The notes: generated from the letters alone by a model not told the origin. DNA of 64,000 nucleotides from an uncultured bacterium (GCA_964607485.1 CAZSKP010000025.1:1-64000); one strand, 5' to 3'. Shown: positions 1-9,981, counted from the stretch's first letter. Numbers and translations: made by a program.

Positions 1-206
1 CCCATGGTTGAAGTGTCGCGCCCCAGCCGTTCCGCTATCTGCTCAGGACGCTCCGGCACCAGCTTCAGGGAGCCAGCTATCTCGGCTTCGTCCTCGGTGA
101 AAATCTTCCTGAGCACCTTCAGCTCAACTCCGCTTTCGGTGCGAGGAAAACCGTTGGGGAGCGCATCCAGTCTCTGCGCCAGGCGTTCATACACATCTTG
201 GCTCAT
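1..206 (-). CDS. 4Fe-4S binding protein, N-terminal part (runs off window start)
   Basis: Not in ORF track. Reads MSQDVYERLAQRLDALPNGFPRTESGVELKVLRKIFTEDEAEIA..., with AGGAGG RBS at 215-220. This N-terminus is typical of 4Fe-4S dicluster proteins. Confidence 0.8.
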   Translation of the reverse strand, partial: MSQDVYERLAQRLDALPNGFPRTESGVELKVLRKIFTEDEAEIAGSLKLVPERPEQIAERLGRDTSTM

Positions 207-248
207 GATAACAACCTCCTGTGAGAATCTGCCTCTCCATCAAAATCA

Positions 249-2417
249 TTATTTCTGAATCCTGCAGCGAATGTACTTATGGTACGGAGTCCCGGTGAAG
301 GGTTCCCTGTGTTCCGCTGCAATGAGCTCATTCACGTTCACACCGACCTGTTTGAGCTCGCCCGTTTGTTTGTCCGGATAAAGCATGCCGAAGCCGTGTG
401 GAATCGACAGGTTGCCCGGATAGATGTCGTCGGTCACTTTCACGGGGATAGAGACCGTCGAAGTGTCTGTCACGACCTGCACCGTCTCGCCGTCGGATAT
501 TTCCAGGCGTTCCGCATCTTGCCTGCTCATTCTGAGGTAATTCGTCGGAAGCTGGGCGGCGCGCCACGAATGCTCGCGGATGAGAGAATTGGCCGTGTAG
601 TTTGTGCGCTCTCCCGTCTGGAGAATAAACGGGAAGTCCTCACTATCGGTGATATCCACCTTCTCAGGGACTTTCAGTTTCTTGAGCAACTCCAAGACCA
701 TCGGAACGGCGAGATGGATCTTTCCGTCCTGTGTCTTGAGGTTGTCGAGATTATTATCATCGATCGTGTCGCACAGGTAGATGCCCTCGGGATGGTCGAG
801 CACAGCCTGGAACAGCTCGGCCGTGTCGTCGCCCTCGCCGGTGATGACGCCGTTCGCTATCAGCGCATCGCGGTGCTTCATGGCGAACATCATACAGAAG
901 GCCCTTATCAGAGAAAGGACGGGCTGTTCCTCGCAGGCGTCCTTTGCCTGTTTGAGCATTGCGAAAGGAAGCAGCCCGGAGACATCCACGCCTATCTTCT
1001 CCAGAATCATGAGATGAATATCGCACTCCTGCCTGGCGAGTTCGGGACCCTTGCAGACGGGATGGCGCAGGTGATAATAAATTCGGGGGTATCCCTTCGG
1101 GAAGAGAGACGCCTCGAATTTTTCGTGACCACATTTCGCCGGCAGCACGTAATGTGCAAGCATGGCGGCCTCGCTCATGATCGGATCGACCACCACCAGC
1201 AGGTCGAGCGCCTTGAACGCCTCCTCGAATTTCTTGCTGTCCGCATAAGAACGAAGCGGGTTGCTGCCCTCGACAATGACGGCCCGAATGCGGTCGTCAC
1301 CTGGAGTGAGTATCTCCTCGGGCAGGGCGTTCGGCGGGAACAGACCGCGTATCTGTTGGATGCCCGCGACGCGAGTCTTCCATTTCTCCCCTTCCTCCGG
1401 CAGGTCAACGGCCATGAAGGCCTCGGGGAAGGTCACTCCCCCGGGAACCCCGATGTTGCCCGTTATGGCCAAGAGAATCCGCTCGAGATACACGTTCTCC
1501 ATCATGAATATGTTATGGTATATCCCGAGGTCTATGTACGTGGCCGCTCGTTTCGCCTTGGCGAACATGCGCGCGAGGTCGCGAATCTGTGCGGCATCGA
1601 GGTCGCAGAGCTGCGCAGCCTTTTCGGGCGTCACGAGGTCGGCAATCCACTTCACTTCATCCCAGCCGGTCGTGTGTTCGGCGATGTACGTGTCGTCGCA
1701 CAGGCCTTCGTTCACGATGACGTTGATGAGAGCCAGCAGAAAATAGATGTCCGTTCCCGGCTTAATCTGCAAGAAGATGTCGGCCTTCTTCGCGGTCTCG
1801 TGTCGGCGCGGGTCAACGACAACCAGCTTGCGGTTCGGGTCCTTCGAGATTTCGGTAATTACATTTCTCGCGCGTTGAATGCCGTGACTCATCCAGGGAT
1901 TGCTTCCGATCAGGAGGAGCACGTCGCAGCGATGTTCGTCGAAATGAAAATCGAGCCCTTCGCTGCCGAACATCTGGCCGTTGACCCAGTATTTCTGAGT
2001 GTATTCCTGTGCGAGGGGGTTGTAGATATACTTTGTCCCGAGAGCCTGCAAGAAGAAGACGGCGTAGGGCACGTCGAGGTGGTTGGCCTGACCGCCTCCT
2101 CCCATGAAGGCAACGGTTTTGGAGCCGTGTGCATCGATTATCTTCTTGAGCTTGGCGGCAATCTCGCTCGTCGCGGTATCCCAGTCGATCTCCTCGAACG
2201 AGCCGTCGTCGCGGCGCCTGAGCGGCGAGAGAACACGCTGGGTGTTGTTCTGGTAGTGCGGATTATACATCGACTTGTTGCAGACGTATCCCTTGCTGAA
2301 AGGATTCTTCTTGTCGGCTCTCACCTTGACGATGCGGTCGTCTTCGACCTTCACTTCGATGCCGCAATTATTGCTGCACATACAGCACGCGGTGGATTTC
2401 CAACCGTCGTCGCTCAT
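249..2417 (-). CDS. Molybdopterin-dependent (DMSO reductase superfamily) oxidoreductase, cytoplasmic
   Basis: N-terminal CxxCxxxC...C Fe-S motif, 'IGSNPWMSHG', 'VVVDPRRHETA', C-terminal Mo-dinucleotide binding domain; no TAT signal. Confidence 0.9.
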   Translation of the reverse strand: MSDDGWKSTACCMCSNNCGIEVKVEDDRIVKVRADKKNPFSKGYVCNKSMYNPHYQNNTQRVLSPLRRRDDGSFEEIDWDTATSEIAAKLKKIIDAHGSKTVAFMGGGGQANHLDVPYAVFFLQALGTKYIYNPLAQEYTQKYWVNGQMFGSEGLDFHFDEHRCDVLLLIGSNPWMSHGIQRARNVITEISKDPNRKLVVVDPRRHETAKKADIFLQIKPGTDIYFLLALINVIVNEGLCDDTYIAEHTTGWDEVKWIADLVTPEKAAQLCDLDAAQIRDLARMFAKAKRAATYIDLGIYHNIFMMENVYLERILLAITGNIGVPGGVTFPEAFMAVDLPEEGEKWKTRVAGIQQIRGLFPPNALPEEILTPGDDRIRAVIVEGSNPLRSYADSKKFEEAFKALDLLVVVDPIMSEAAMLAHYVLPAKCGHEKFEASLFPKGYPRIYYHLRHPVCKGPELARQECDIHLMILEKIGVDVSGLLPFAMLKQAKDACEEQPVLSLIRAFCMMFAMKHRDALIANGVITGEGDDTAELFQAVLDHPEGIYLCDTIDDNNLDNLKTQDGKIHLAVPMVLELLKKLKVPEKVDITDSEDFPFILQTGERTNYTANSLIREHSWRAAQLPTNYLRMSRQDAERLEISDGETVQVVTDTSTVSIPVKVTDDIYPGNLSIPHGFGMLYPDKQTGELKQVGVNVNELIAAEHREPFTGTPYHKYIRCRIQK

Positions 2418-2473
2418 CCTTATTTATCCCTTCGTTTCGGGCATTAATTCGCGATATCGCGTTTTACCGATAT

Positions 2474-2502
2474 ATTGTACCAGCCCCTAAAGAGTTTGTC
2501 AA
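2474..2502 (-). promoter_or_regulatory. sigma70-type promoter for the Mo-oxidoreductase
   Basis: TTGACA-N17-TACAAT on the minus strand. Confidence 0.7.
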
Positions 2503-2547
2503 GTGCCTTTTTTCTTTCACATCTATATGCGGGCAAGAAAATCTCCA

Positions 2548-3420
2548 CTACCTCTTGCCCAGTTTGCCGAAGTCGCGCGTTTTGCGGCCGGTGAAAAGCG
2601 AGTACACAACCACGGCCGGAATCATGAAGCCGAATACGTAGGCCCAGAGCCCGAGCCAGACGAAGGGATTGGGCCGCTCCTCGACTCGCTTTACCTTTCG
2701 TTTGTTCGCCATGGTGATGGCTTCCGACGGACAATGCTCGGCGCAAAGGCCGCACCCCAGACAGGCTTCCGTATCAAGTTCAGGCTGAGAGCCGCTGATG
2801 AGAGCCTTCGGGGGACAGATTTCGACGCACGTTCCGCATTCCGAACACTTGTCGCTGTCGAACTCCGGAACGTAATAGCTTGAGCGCATCGCGTTGTATA
2901 TTCCATGGTCGTACCGGAGTCTCATAGCGACACAGCAGCATCGACAACAGCAGCAAATGGAGTAATTGTACGGCGCCATGCAGCTCTCCAGTTGCGTGAC
3001 CAGTCCCTGTTCAGCCGCGTTCTTTAGGATTGCGATTGCCTCTTCTTTCGTTATCAGGCTGTTTTCGTGGCCCTCGGCGTAAGCTTCAGCGGCGGTGTTC
3101 ACCTTGAAGCAGGTTCTCCCCTGTCGGTCGCAGTTGTGCCAGAGGTTTCGGCAAATGCACTCATCAACGGCGATAACCTTGGCCTGTTCTATCACGTCGA
3201 GTATTTGGGGAAGGGGGAGCGGAAACGCGGCGGCATGGAGATGGCTGGCGTAAATCCCCAGGAACGGCTTCATCAACGGCCCGATAACCGGGGTATCGGA
3301 CAACTTTCCCAAGAAGTCGTAAAAGCTCAGCGATTCATAGACGTTATCGAAAAAACGTTTGAGGAAATTCTTGTAGAACGTGGTGGGATTATCGTAGAGC
3401 TTGACGTTTGCTTCGCGCAC
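2548..3420 (-). CDS. 4Fe-4S dicluster ferredoxin-like protein with C-terminal transmembrane helix
   Basis: CSECGTCVEICP and CLGCGLCAEHCP motifs, Cys-rich 'CCCCRCCC', hydrophobic C-terminus. Confidence 0.8.
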   Translation of the reverse strand: MREANVKLYDNPTTFYKNFLKRFFDNVYESLSFYDFLGKLSDTPVIGPLMKPFLGIYASHLHAAAFPLPLPQILDVIEQAKVIAVDECICRNLWHNCDRQGRTCFKVNTAAEAYAEGHENSLITKEEAIAILKNAAEQGLVTQLESCMAPYNYSICCCCRCCCVAMRLRYDHGIYNAMRSSYYVPEFDSDKCSECGTCVEICPPKALISGSQPELDTEACLGCGLCAEHCPSEAITMANKRKVKRVEERPNPFVWLGLWAYVFGFMIPAVVVYSLFTGRKTRDFGKLGKR

Positions 3421-3590
3421 TACCTGAGGGGGATTCTCTGAATACAGATATTAATTCTCAAGTTTCATACGAATCAGTTTGGAGAAAATTTATCACGGCA
3501 TCCGCCTGATGTCAAGCATTTTCTGTATCTTACAATAGTGAGAAATCATACAAAAAATGCACAGTTCAAACCATGACCGGGGTTGGAGTT

Positions 3591-6230
3591 TCACTGGATA
3601 TATCCCAGCGAGCGCAGCTTCTCCTCTTCTTCGGGAGAAAGTGTTCTCTGGGCAGCCTCGTGCGTGGGTTTCACTATCCAGGCAAGGAGCGCCTTGTCGG
3701 TTTCAGGGGCTGTTATGCGATTTTTCTCCGTGCCGAGGTCGGCGGCGCGTATGACGAAAAGAAACTCCTTGCTCGAGTCTTGCGGTTTAAGCAGCAGGCT
3801 CATGCCCTCAACTTTTTGGTCCTTGATAACCAATTCCGACTCCGCACCGAATCTGACCTTGCAGAGAAAATTTGCGGGGTCGGTCGGCAGGTTGTTCTCA
3901 AGCATTTCGATGTTGAAACCGTACACACTGTTTATGTATTTTCCCGCTTCGCTCAGTTTCATCTCGTACTGGCCATCCGCAAAATCGGCAAATGAGATGT
4001 GGATTCCGGGAACAGATTGTATTGTGTCTTCAGCGAATTTCTTCAGTGAATCGGGAAGCTCCTCCCCTGCCTTGAGAAGGTTTTTCCTTTCCAGCGGGTC
4101 GTTCGCCAAGTCGAACAATTCCTTTTTCCCATAGTTTTCCTTTTGAATCGAGGCCCGCAGAATGAACTTGTACTTGTTGTCGGTTTGCCACGAGAACCCG
4201 TTTTCGGGAACGAACGAGTAAAATCTATGGTCCGCCTTTGCGCCTTTTCGCTCGATAAACGGCTTGAGCGTGTGCCCGTCAAACGAGCCCTGAGGCTCGA
4301 TCCCGAGCAGGTCCAGGACAGTCGGCACTATGTCTATCGTGCTGACATGCTCGTTCACCGAAACATCTGCCGGAAGCAGCGCGGGCGCCCAGAATATCAG
4401 CGGAATTCTCAGGTTCTCGTCGTACAGAAGGCCGTGCTCGAGCAGTTCGTGCTCGAAAAACGCCTCGCCGTGATCGGCCGTGAATATGACGATGGTATTC
4501 TCGAGCAGGCCCTCCTTGCGAAGATGTTCGAAAAATTCTCTCAGCCGCTCGTCCACAAAGCCGATCTCGCTGTTGTAAACCTCTTCGATATACTTCACGT
4601 CGTCCAGGGTCACGCGAGAGCTTTCCGGTGCGTCGTCACTCTCATCGAACACGACGTATTTGCCGATTTCAGACGGGGCCAGCCTGTCTCTTCCGTGCAT
4701 ATGTGGGATGTATACGGACTCCTTGTCCCTTGAGACAATATCCGAAGTAACATCACACTGGAAGAATTTTTCCCTCTTATAATATGGGCCGTGGGGCTCA
4801 TACGAATGGACGAACAGGAAAAAAGGAGACCCGGAATTTCGCTGGGCCCATTTCAATGCCCTCGGCAAAACCGAGTCTATATCGGTCTTTCTCGCCCCGT
4901 CTATGTAGAGCGTATCTTCTTGATAAAACGATTCGAATCCCTTGTCGAACTCCTGCTTGTCGGCTACAAGTACTCCTCCCGTGAACGCGGCGGTGATATA
5001 ACTGTCATCGCGCAAGATTTCGGCAAGGGTCGTCGTTTTTCCCAGAGTCCCCTCGAACCCCAGAAAGTTGAGCTTTAACGGTTCCAGCCCCGTCAGCATG
5101 GAGCCATGCGACACGTGTGTCACCGACGAATTCGCAAACGCATTCTCGAAAACGACTCCCTGGCGCGCCAGCTCTCTCAGGAACGGGTCCGTGTTTCTGA
5201 CGCCGCCATACAATGAGAGATGCCTTGCACCCAACGTGTCGATGGAGATCAACAGAACGTTGGGTTTTTCGGGGTGCTCGACGCGGGATGAAATCATCGG
5301 GTTAGAACAAAACACGAGGCCGGTCGAGCCGCTCTCCAAAGGACCCGTAGTCAGGATGATTTTGCATTTCTTGCCCGCGTATCTGCCGAGGCTCAATTCA
5401 TAGTCAGACCAGCCCTCTTCGTCGTCAACGGCCAAGTGTTTGTCGAACAAAATCTCCTTCTTGCGTCCGGGCCGTTCAAGAACAACCTGAAAAAGGCAAT
5501 CGGCATCGTTAGGCTTGAACTTGCTGAGCCCAAAAGAAAAGACATCGTCCTTCCCGATTTCGACCGCTCTCTCCACTTGCCGGCCAGGCTGCAACACAAA
5601 CGCCTCCCTTGTTTCGTTGTGTATCTTGACCTTGCCGGCTTTGACGTCAGGGGTTTCGTAGTCGGATGAGACTGAGTGAGCGATCCTGTAAAACGTGATC
5701 GATTTGAACGTGAGGCCGACCTTCTTATCAATCGGATCGATCCTGAATTTATATCCGTACAGGGCCGGATTCAGTTCGTCCCACAGATTCACCGCATATT
5801 TTTTGAAAGTATCCGACTTCCCAATCGTTACGCGTTTCATTCTGGATCCGTCAAAAGAATCATCTCCCCTTGACCAGAAAACCTCGAGATGCCCCCTGCC
5901 GGAGGACGAGAGCTCCACCTCCAGCATGTTATATCTCATCCCGTCATTCTCAAACACCATCGCAGGATCCGCCGACTGGGGGGAGATTTTGAGTCCGTCG
6001 TCGGCCGGCTCGTATTCAATGTTTTGAAATGTTATCCCTTCCGGCTTCTTTTTCCCTGTAAAATCTATCACTGCCTTATCGGCCAACACGCCCCCGATCA
6101 CCCTTGCCTCCGAGTATTCGTTCTGAATAAACATGCGGGGACGATGCTCGGCCTTCTTGTTCCCACCGCAGGATGCGGCGAGAACCGCCGCCAAGAATGC
6201 AAGAAACATCAACCTTCTACAACGAGCCAT
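3591..6230 (-). CDS. Sulfatase-like/alkaline-phosphatase-superfamily lipoprotein
   Basis: Lipobox LAASC, 'PNVLLISIDTL', 'HSYEPHGPY', 'TADHGEAF', C-terminal 'LRSLGYIQ'. Start uncertain (ORF extends to 6299). Confidence 0.8.
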   Translation of the reverse strand: MARCRRLMFLAFLAAVLAASCGGNKKAEHRPRMFIQNEYSEARVIGGVLADKAVIDFTGKKKPEGITFQNIEYEPADDGLKISPQSADPAMVFENDGMRYNMLEVELSSSGRGHLEVFWSRGDDSFDGSRMKRVTIGKSDTFKKYAVNLWDELNPALYGYKFRIDPIDKKVGLTFKSITFYRIAHSVSSDYETPDVKAGKVKIHNETREAFVLQPGRQVERAVEIGKDDVFSFGLSKFKPNDADCLFQVVLERPGRKKEILFDKHLAVDDEEGWSDYELSLGRYAGKKCKIILTTGPLESGSTGLVFCSNPMISSRVEHPEKPNVLLISIDTLGARHLSLYGGVRNTDPFLRELARQGVVFENAFANSSVTHVSHGSMLTGLEPLKLNFLGFEGTLGKTTTLAEILRDDSYITAAFTGGVLVADKQEFDKGFESFYQEDTLYIDGARKTDIDSVLPRALKWAQRNSGSPFFLFVHSYEPHGPYYKREKFFQCDVTSDIVSRDKESVYIPHMHGRDRLAPSEIGKYVVFDESDDAPESSRVTLDDVKYIEEVYNSEIGFVDERLREFFEHLRKEGLLENTIVIFTADHGEAFFEHELLEHGLLYDENLRIPLIFWAPALLPADVSVNEHVSTIDIVPTVLDLLGIEPQGSFDGHTLKPFIERKGAKADHRFYSFVPENGFSWQTDNKYKFILRASIQKENYGKKELFDLANDPLERKNLLKAGEELPDSLKKFAEDTIQSVPGIHISFADFADGQYEMKLSEAGKYINSVYGFNIEMLENNLPTDPANFLCKVRFGAESELVIKDQKVEGMSLLLKPQDSSKEFLFVIRAADLGTEKNRITAPETDKALLAWIVKPTHEAAQRTLSPEEEEKLRSLGYIQ

Positions 6231-6335
6231 TTCCGCTCCGATTCCGGGGATGTTTGAACCATGGTGTTCGCGGGAAAATGGTGGATTTTGGCACGTCATT
6301 CTATCACAATCTGAACCGGTCCCTCAAGAAGGAAC

Positions 6336-6364
6336 TGGGGACACGACGCACCGTCGTGTCCCCA
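6336..6364. repeat. Perfect REP-like hairpin
   Basis: TGGGGACACGACG-CAC-CGTCGTGTCCCCA. Confidence 0.6.
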
Positions 6365-6387
6365 ATATTCAGGAATATTCGAGCCCG

Positions 6388-6807
6388 CTACTCCCCCGCT
6401 AGGCCCTCTTCTAGTTGGCTTATTGTGAGGAGCAGCGTCAAGAGGTTCTGCCTGTCCTGCTCGCTCAATTCGTCAAACTCGGAGCCGATGACATAGAACC
6501 CGCTTGTGGTAGAGGGACGGGTGTGAAGGACTTTTATTCTCGCCGTCATTTCCGGCCCAATGATGGGCCGGACCTTGAAGTGCATGTTGGCCCCTCGAGG
6601 GGGCTCGAAATTGGTTTCGAAACAGGCCCCGTTGATGCATATATTCAGGAGAAGCGCCCCCAGCTTTTTCTCAATGTCGGCCGCACCGGCATGGCCCGCT
6701 TGCGGCTTCACCGTGCAAGAGCAGGCGAATCTCGAGCACGTGAGCCTAGCGCAGCTGCGGCGTTCGTGGTGGGGTCTTTCACACATCTCTATGTGTCCGG
6801 TTTCCAT
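6388..6807 (-). CDS. PilZ-domain protein (putative c-di-GMP receptor)
   Basis: RxxxR ('RRSCAR') and NxxxxG ('NICING') motifs, C-terminal 'GSEF..LSEQDRQNL'. Confidence 0.75.
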   Translation of the reverse strand: METGHIEMCERPHHERRSCARLTCSRFACSCTVKPQAGHAGAADIEKKLGALLLNICINGACFETNFEPPRGANMHFKVRPIIGPEMTARIKVLHTRPSTTSGFYVIGSEFDELSEQDRQNLLTLLLTISQLEEGLAGE

Positions 6808-6831
6808 GGCTTGGCACCGTGAGAGAAATCT

Positions 6832-6846
6832 GCATAAACCTTGCCA
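6832..6846 (-). promoter_or_regulatory. sigma54 (-24/-12) promoter for the PilZ gene
   Basis: TGGCAAGGTTTATGC = GG-N10-GC, 25 nt upstream of the ATG. Confidence 0.6.
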
Positions 6847-6930
6847 AACCGGAGCAAAATGGTGTGATTGCAGGGCCTTTTTACAGAAATTTTCCGATAT
6901 CCCAACGGTTTTTCAAGCCGCCGGCGTCCC

Positions 6931-8460
6931 CTACCGCTGATGACATTGGTAGCAGAGCTCGCCGCCTGTGACGCCCACACGCAAAAGAAACACGATATCC
7001 GTGGCGTGTGGTGTGTGACAGGTGGTGCAGACGACCTCGTCATCGGGGCCGAAATTGAGCTTGTTGTCGGGTCGGATGTCGAGGTCGGCAGAGGGCTTGA
7101 CCCCTACCGGATGGGGGAAATCCTTATGCCGGCTGGGGTGACACAACGAGCAGAGCTGTTCGGTCTCCATCGTCAAATTGCCATTTCCCACACCTGAGTG
7201 GGGCATATGACACGTCGAGCAATTCCCCTCCTTGTACGGAAAATGAACGAAGCGATAAATTCGCTGGGGGCGTGAGTCGTGACAGCGGAAGCACAGGGCC
7301 TGGCCCTCGTCCTTCAAGAGCGCCGGCAGATTACCCATGTGCGGCTGGTGACAGGCGACGCATCCCTGTTCAACCGCCGTATGAGGATGTTGTTCCTGTA
7401 TCTGCTTCGCAATCTCGGAATGACATTTGAAACAGGTCTCTTTTTCGGGACCGGCCAGAATTCCCGGTACGTCCGAACCGTGCGGATTGTGACACTCCAC
7501 GCATTGTCCGTTCGAGAAAGGCTCGTGCAGCCGCGCACCCTCAGGGGGCACGAGTGCATCGGCGTGACAGCGGGAGCAGAGGCCCACGCCCGGCTCGATG
7601 AGCAATGAGCTGTTGGGCGTGGCATGAGGCCCGTGGCAGTTCAGACAATCTTCCTCAGCGGGAAGGTGCGGAAACTTGGATTTCAAGAGCTCCTCGATAT
7701 CCGAATGGCACACGGTGCAGAGTTGCGACCCGACGGCGACCAGCTTCACCTGCTTTTCGCCCTCGGAGATCACATGACAGCTATCGCACATCCCCTCGCT
7801 GAACGGGTAGTGCGCGTTCTCCAGAATCAGCGCTTTGTTCGATGAGAAGTGGCCCTTATGACAAGAGAGACAATCGGTGCCCTCCGAGAGCAGATTCAGG
7901 TGAGCCTTGTTGAAGGCTTCGTCGGTGACGTCGTGACAGCCGGTGCACAGGTCCCACGGCTTCTCAACCAGCAGGGCGCGATTGGGAGAAGTATGCGGAT
8001 TGTGACAGGTCGTACATTCGCCGTCCTCGAACGGCGGATGCACCGAGGCGGGCCTTTCCCCCGCCGGCATTCCCTCGTGGCACATAAGACACAGGTCGGG
8101 CAGCCGGTCAAGCAGGAGAGTGGGATATTCCGACGAATGCGGGCTGTGGCAGGTGGTGCACTCGTCCACGACCGGATGCACCGACTTCATCTCTTCTTCT
8201 TTGGCGTAATCCCTGTGGCAAACCGTGCATATCGCCGAACCCTGCTCGGTAAAGCCGAACGTTTCGGGGTCATGACAGGCGTCGCATTGCTTTGATTCGA
8301 AGGGATAGTGAAGATATTTCTTCTGCAGGGCTTCCTTCATGTCGGCGTGACAGTCGAGACACTCGGTCTTCGTCGGGTCGTGTTCGACGTTAAATCCGGA
8401 GAAAACAAAGAAAACACCCAGCAAGAAGAAGAACCCGCATACGTTTTTTGCCGTTATCAA
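6931..8460 (-). CDS. Multiheme cytochrome c, 20 CXXCH
   Basis: 20 CXXCH counted, arranged as paired H-P..CxxCHxPH..CxxCH repeats; N-terminal signal; TTG start after AGGAG. Confidence 0.92.
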   Translation of the reverse strand: MITAKNVCGFFFLLGVFFVFSGFNVEHDPTKTECLDCHADMKEALQKKYLHYPFESKQCDACHDPETFGFTEQGSAICTVCHRDYAKEEEMKSVHPVVDECTTCHSPHSSEYPTLLLDRLPDLCLMCHEGMPAGERPASVHPPFEDGECTTCHNPHTSPNRALLVEKPWDLCTGCHDVTDEAFNKAHLNLLSEGTDCLSCHKGHFSSNKALILENAHYPFSEGMCDSCHVISEGEKQVKLVAVGSQLCTVCHSDIEELLKSKFPHLPAEEDCLNCHGPHATPNSSLLIEPGVGLCSRCHADALVPPEGARLHEPFSNGQCVECHNPHGSDVPGILAGPEKETCFKCHSEIAKQIQEQHPHTAVEQGCVACHQPHMGNLPALLKDEGQALCFRCHDSRPQRIYRFVHFPYKEGNCSTCHMPHSGVGNGNLTMETEQLCSLCHPSRHKDFPHPVGVKPSADLDIRPDNKLNFGPDDEVVCTTCHTPHATDIVFLLRVGVTGGELCYQCHQR

Positions 8461-8502
8461 ACTCTTTAACTCCTTTTTTGGCGCCCGATTCTGGGCGTTC
8501 GC

Positions 8503-9288
8503 TCAGTGGGAGATGCCCTTGATGGTTTCCCACTCCTGCAACACGGCGCCGTGGGCCTTTTCCCTCTCGGCTTCGGTGGATTCTAACTCCTCCCTCGTGG
8601 GAGCAAGTGGAATGACCGGCTCCTCTATGGGCTTGGCCGGCACGAGCTCTTTCTTCACTTTCAGGGGGAGCCTCGCGACGTAGCCTTCTTTCCCTTCCGG
8701 ATACATCGCCGCCCCGAGCGCCTGCACCATGTCTTTCACCACGATTTCGGACAGAACTCCCAGCGAATTCACTCTCCCTATCCCAAAGACGATTTCCTTA
8801 TAGTCGCCCTGAAGCGAATGGGTCGCCGACCACACAATCTCACCACTGTTCGCGTCGACGAGCCTCAGGGTTATCGAGACTGCGGGCAACAAGCCCAGGT
8901 CGGTCGTGATGGTGGCGTATTCGTTCACGCTCCCAAAGATGATGCCGTCGGCGGTGAGCTCCCGCGAGGCTGCGCGTATGGTGTCGAGATCGAGCTGCGC
9001 CGCGACCCGAATCCGCGAACGGATTATGAACTGTTGAATCTCGCCCGGCTCGACCAGGTTCACAAGGTTCGAATTGTACAACTCCGAAACCAGAATACTC
9101 GTCACCCGGCTTCCGGCCTCGGGCGCACCGCTGAGGTTCTCCAGCGGAAACACCGCTATGCGGTTGAACCGTGTCACCTCGGGCGCGGGCCGCACGCTGA
9201 ACTGTGTGCGTCCGCAGGAGGCGAACACAAGAATGAGTCCAACAGCCACGAAACGCTCTAACGTGCTTTTCTTCGTCATCATTGTCAT
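8503..9288 (-). CDS. Lipoprotein, CsgG/DUF799 (GNA1162)-like
   Basis: Lipobox FASC, 'RIAVFPLENLS', 'ADGIIFGSVNEY', 'ITLRLVDANSGEIVWSA'; ATGA overlap with the upstream gene. Confidence 0.75.
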   Translation of the reverse strand: MTMMTKKSTLERFVAVGLILVFASCGRTQFSVRPAPEVTRFNRIAVFPLENLSGAPEAGSRVTSILVSELYNSNLVNLVEPGEIQQFIIRSRIRVAAQLDLDTIRAASRELTADGIIFGSVNEYATITTDLGLLPAVSITLRLVDANSGEIVWSATHSLQGDYKEIVFGIGRVNSLGVLSEIVVKDMVQALGAAMYPEGKEGYVARLPLKVKKELVPAKPIEEPVIPLAPTREELESTEAEREKAHGAVLQEWETIKGISH

Positions 9289-9860
9289 CTCACCATGTCT
9301 ATCAGTTTGCGACATACCCTTCGAGTGAGAACCGAAAAAAGCTGCTCCTCGCCCACGTCGACCACCGGCACCCTCGGGCTCCCCTCCTCCGACGCGGTAC
9401 CCATGAAGATGATGGTTCCCGTGTTCACGTCCACCCAGCGGACGTTGACCGCCACAACCGGATAGCTTTCGTTCCGAAACCGCTCCCTACCGTACTCCTG
9501 AACGCTGCCGAAGATGAGCGTGTCGGCCCGAAGCGCATTGCCGACCGATTTGATCTGGCTCTGGCTCAGCTTGCTTCCGACGATGCTGTTGTCTCTCAGA
9601 ACGCGCGCCACCTCTCCCGGCTCGACGACTTCGACGTCTATATCCATCAGGAGCTCTGAGATGTAGATCGTCGTCACCTTTTCACCCGCAAACTGGGTAA
9701 CGGTAAGGTTCTCAAACGGAATGACCGCCACGCGCGCGATTGCGCTCAAATCGGCCTCGGGATGCCTGAACGCCTGCACTCCCGTCGCGCATCCCGCAAA
9801 CAGCAACGCCGACACAAGCAGCCAGCTCAGAAAACGCACTCTAAGGATGTTAGATTTCAT
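9285..9860 (-). CDS. Lipoprotein, CsgG/DUF799-like (paralog of the downstream gene)
   Basis: Lipobox FAGC, 'RVAVIPFENLT', 'ADTLIFGSVQEY', 'VNVRWVDVNTGTIIF'; GGAGG RBS before 9860. Confidence 0.75.
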   Translation of the reverse strand: MKSNILRVRFLSWLLVSALLFAGCATGVQAFRHPEADLSAIARVAVIPFENLTVTQFAGEKVTTIYISELLMDIDVEVVEPGEVARVLRDNSIVGSKLSQSQIKSVGNALRADTLIFGSVQEYGRERFRNESYPVVAVNVRWVDVNTGTIIFMGTASEEGSPRVPVVDVGEEQLFSVLTRRVCRKLIDMVR

Positions 9861-9981
9861 CCCCGCCTCCCGGGATCTGTCCCTGTCGCCACGCTCCAAT
9901 TGGTTCACAGCCATCTTCGTCACTCTCCATCTTCAAGCCAAAGTTTCACAGCACAATAAAGAAACGTTCATGGTGCTGCTC

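Noticed and set aside
279-2447. 722-aa plus-strand ORF and similar long antisense ORFs (10423-11796, 13158-14408, 14953-16170, 22467-23945, 60101-61393)
   Set aside because: Shadow frames of clear genes on the opposite strand in GC-rich DNA; no motifs.
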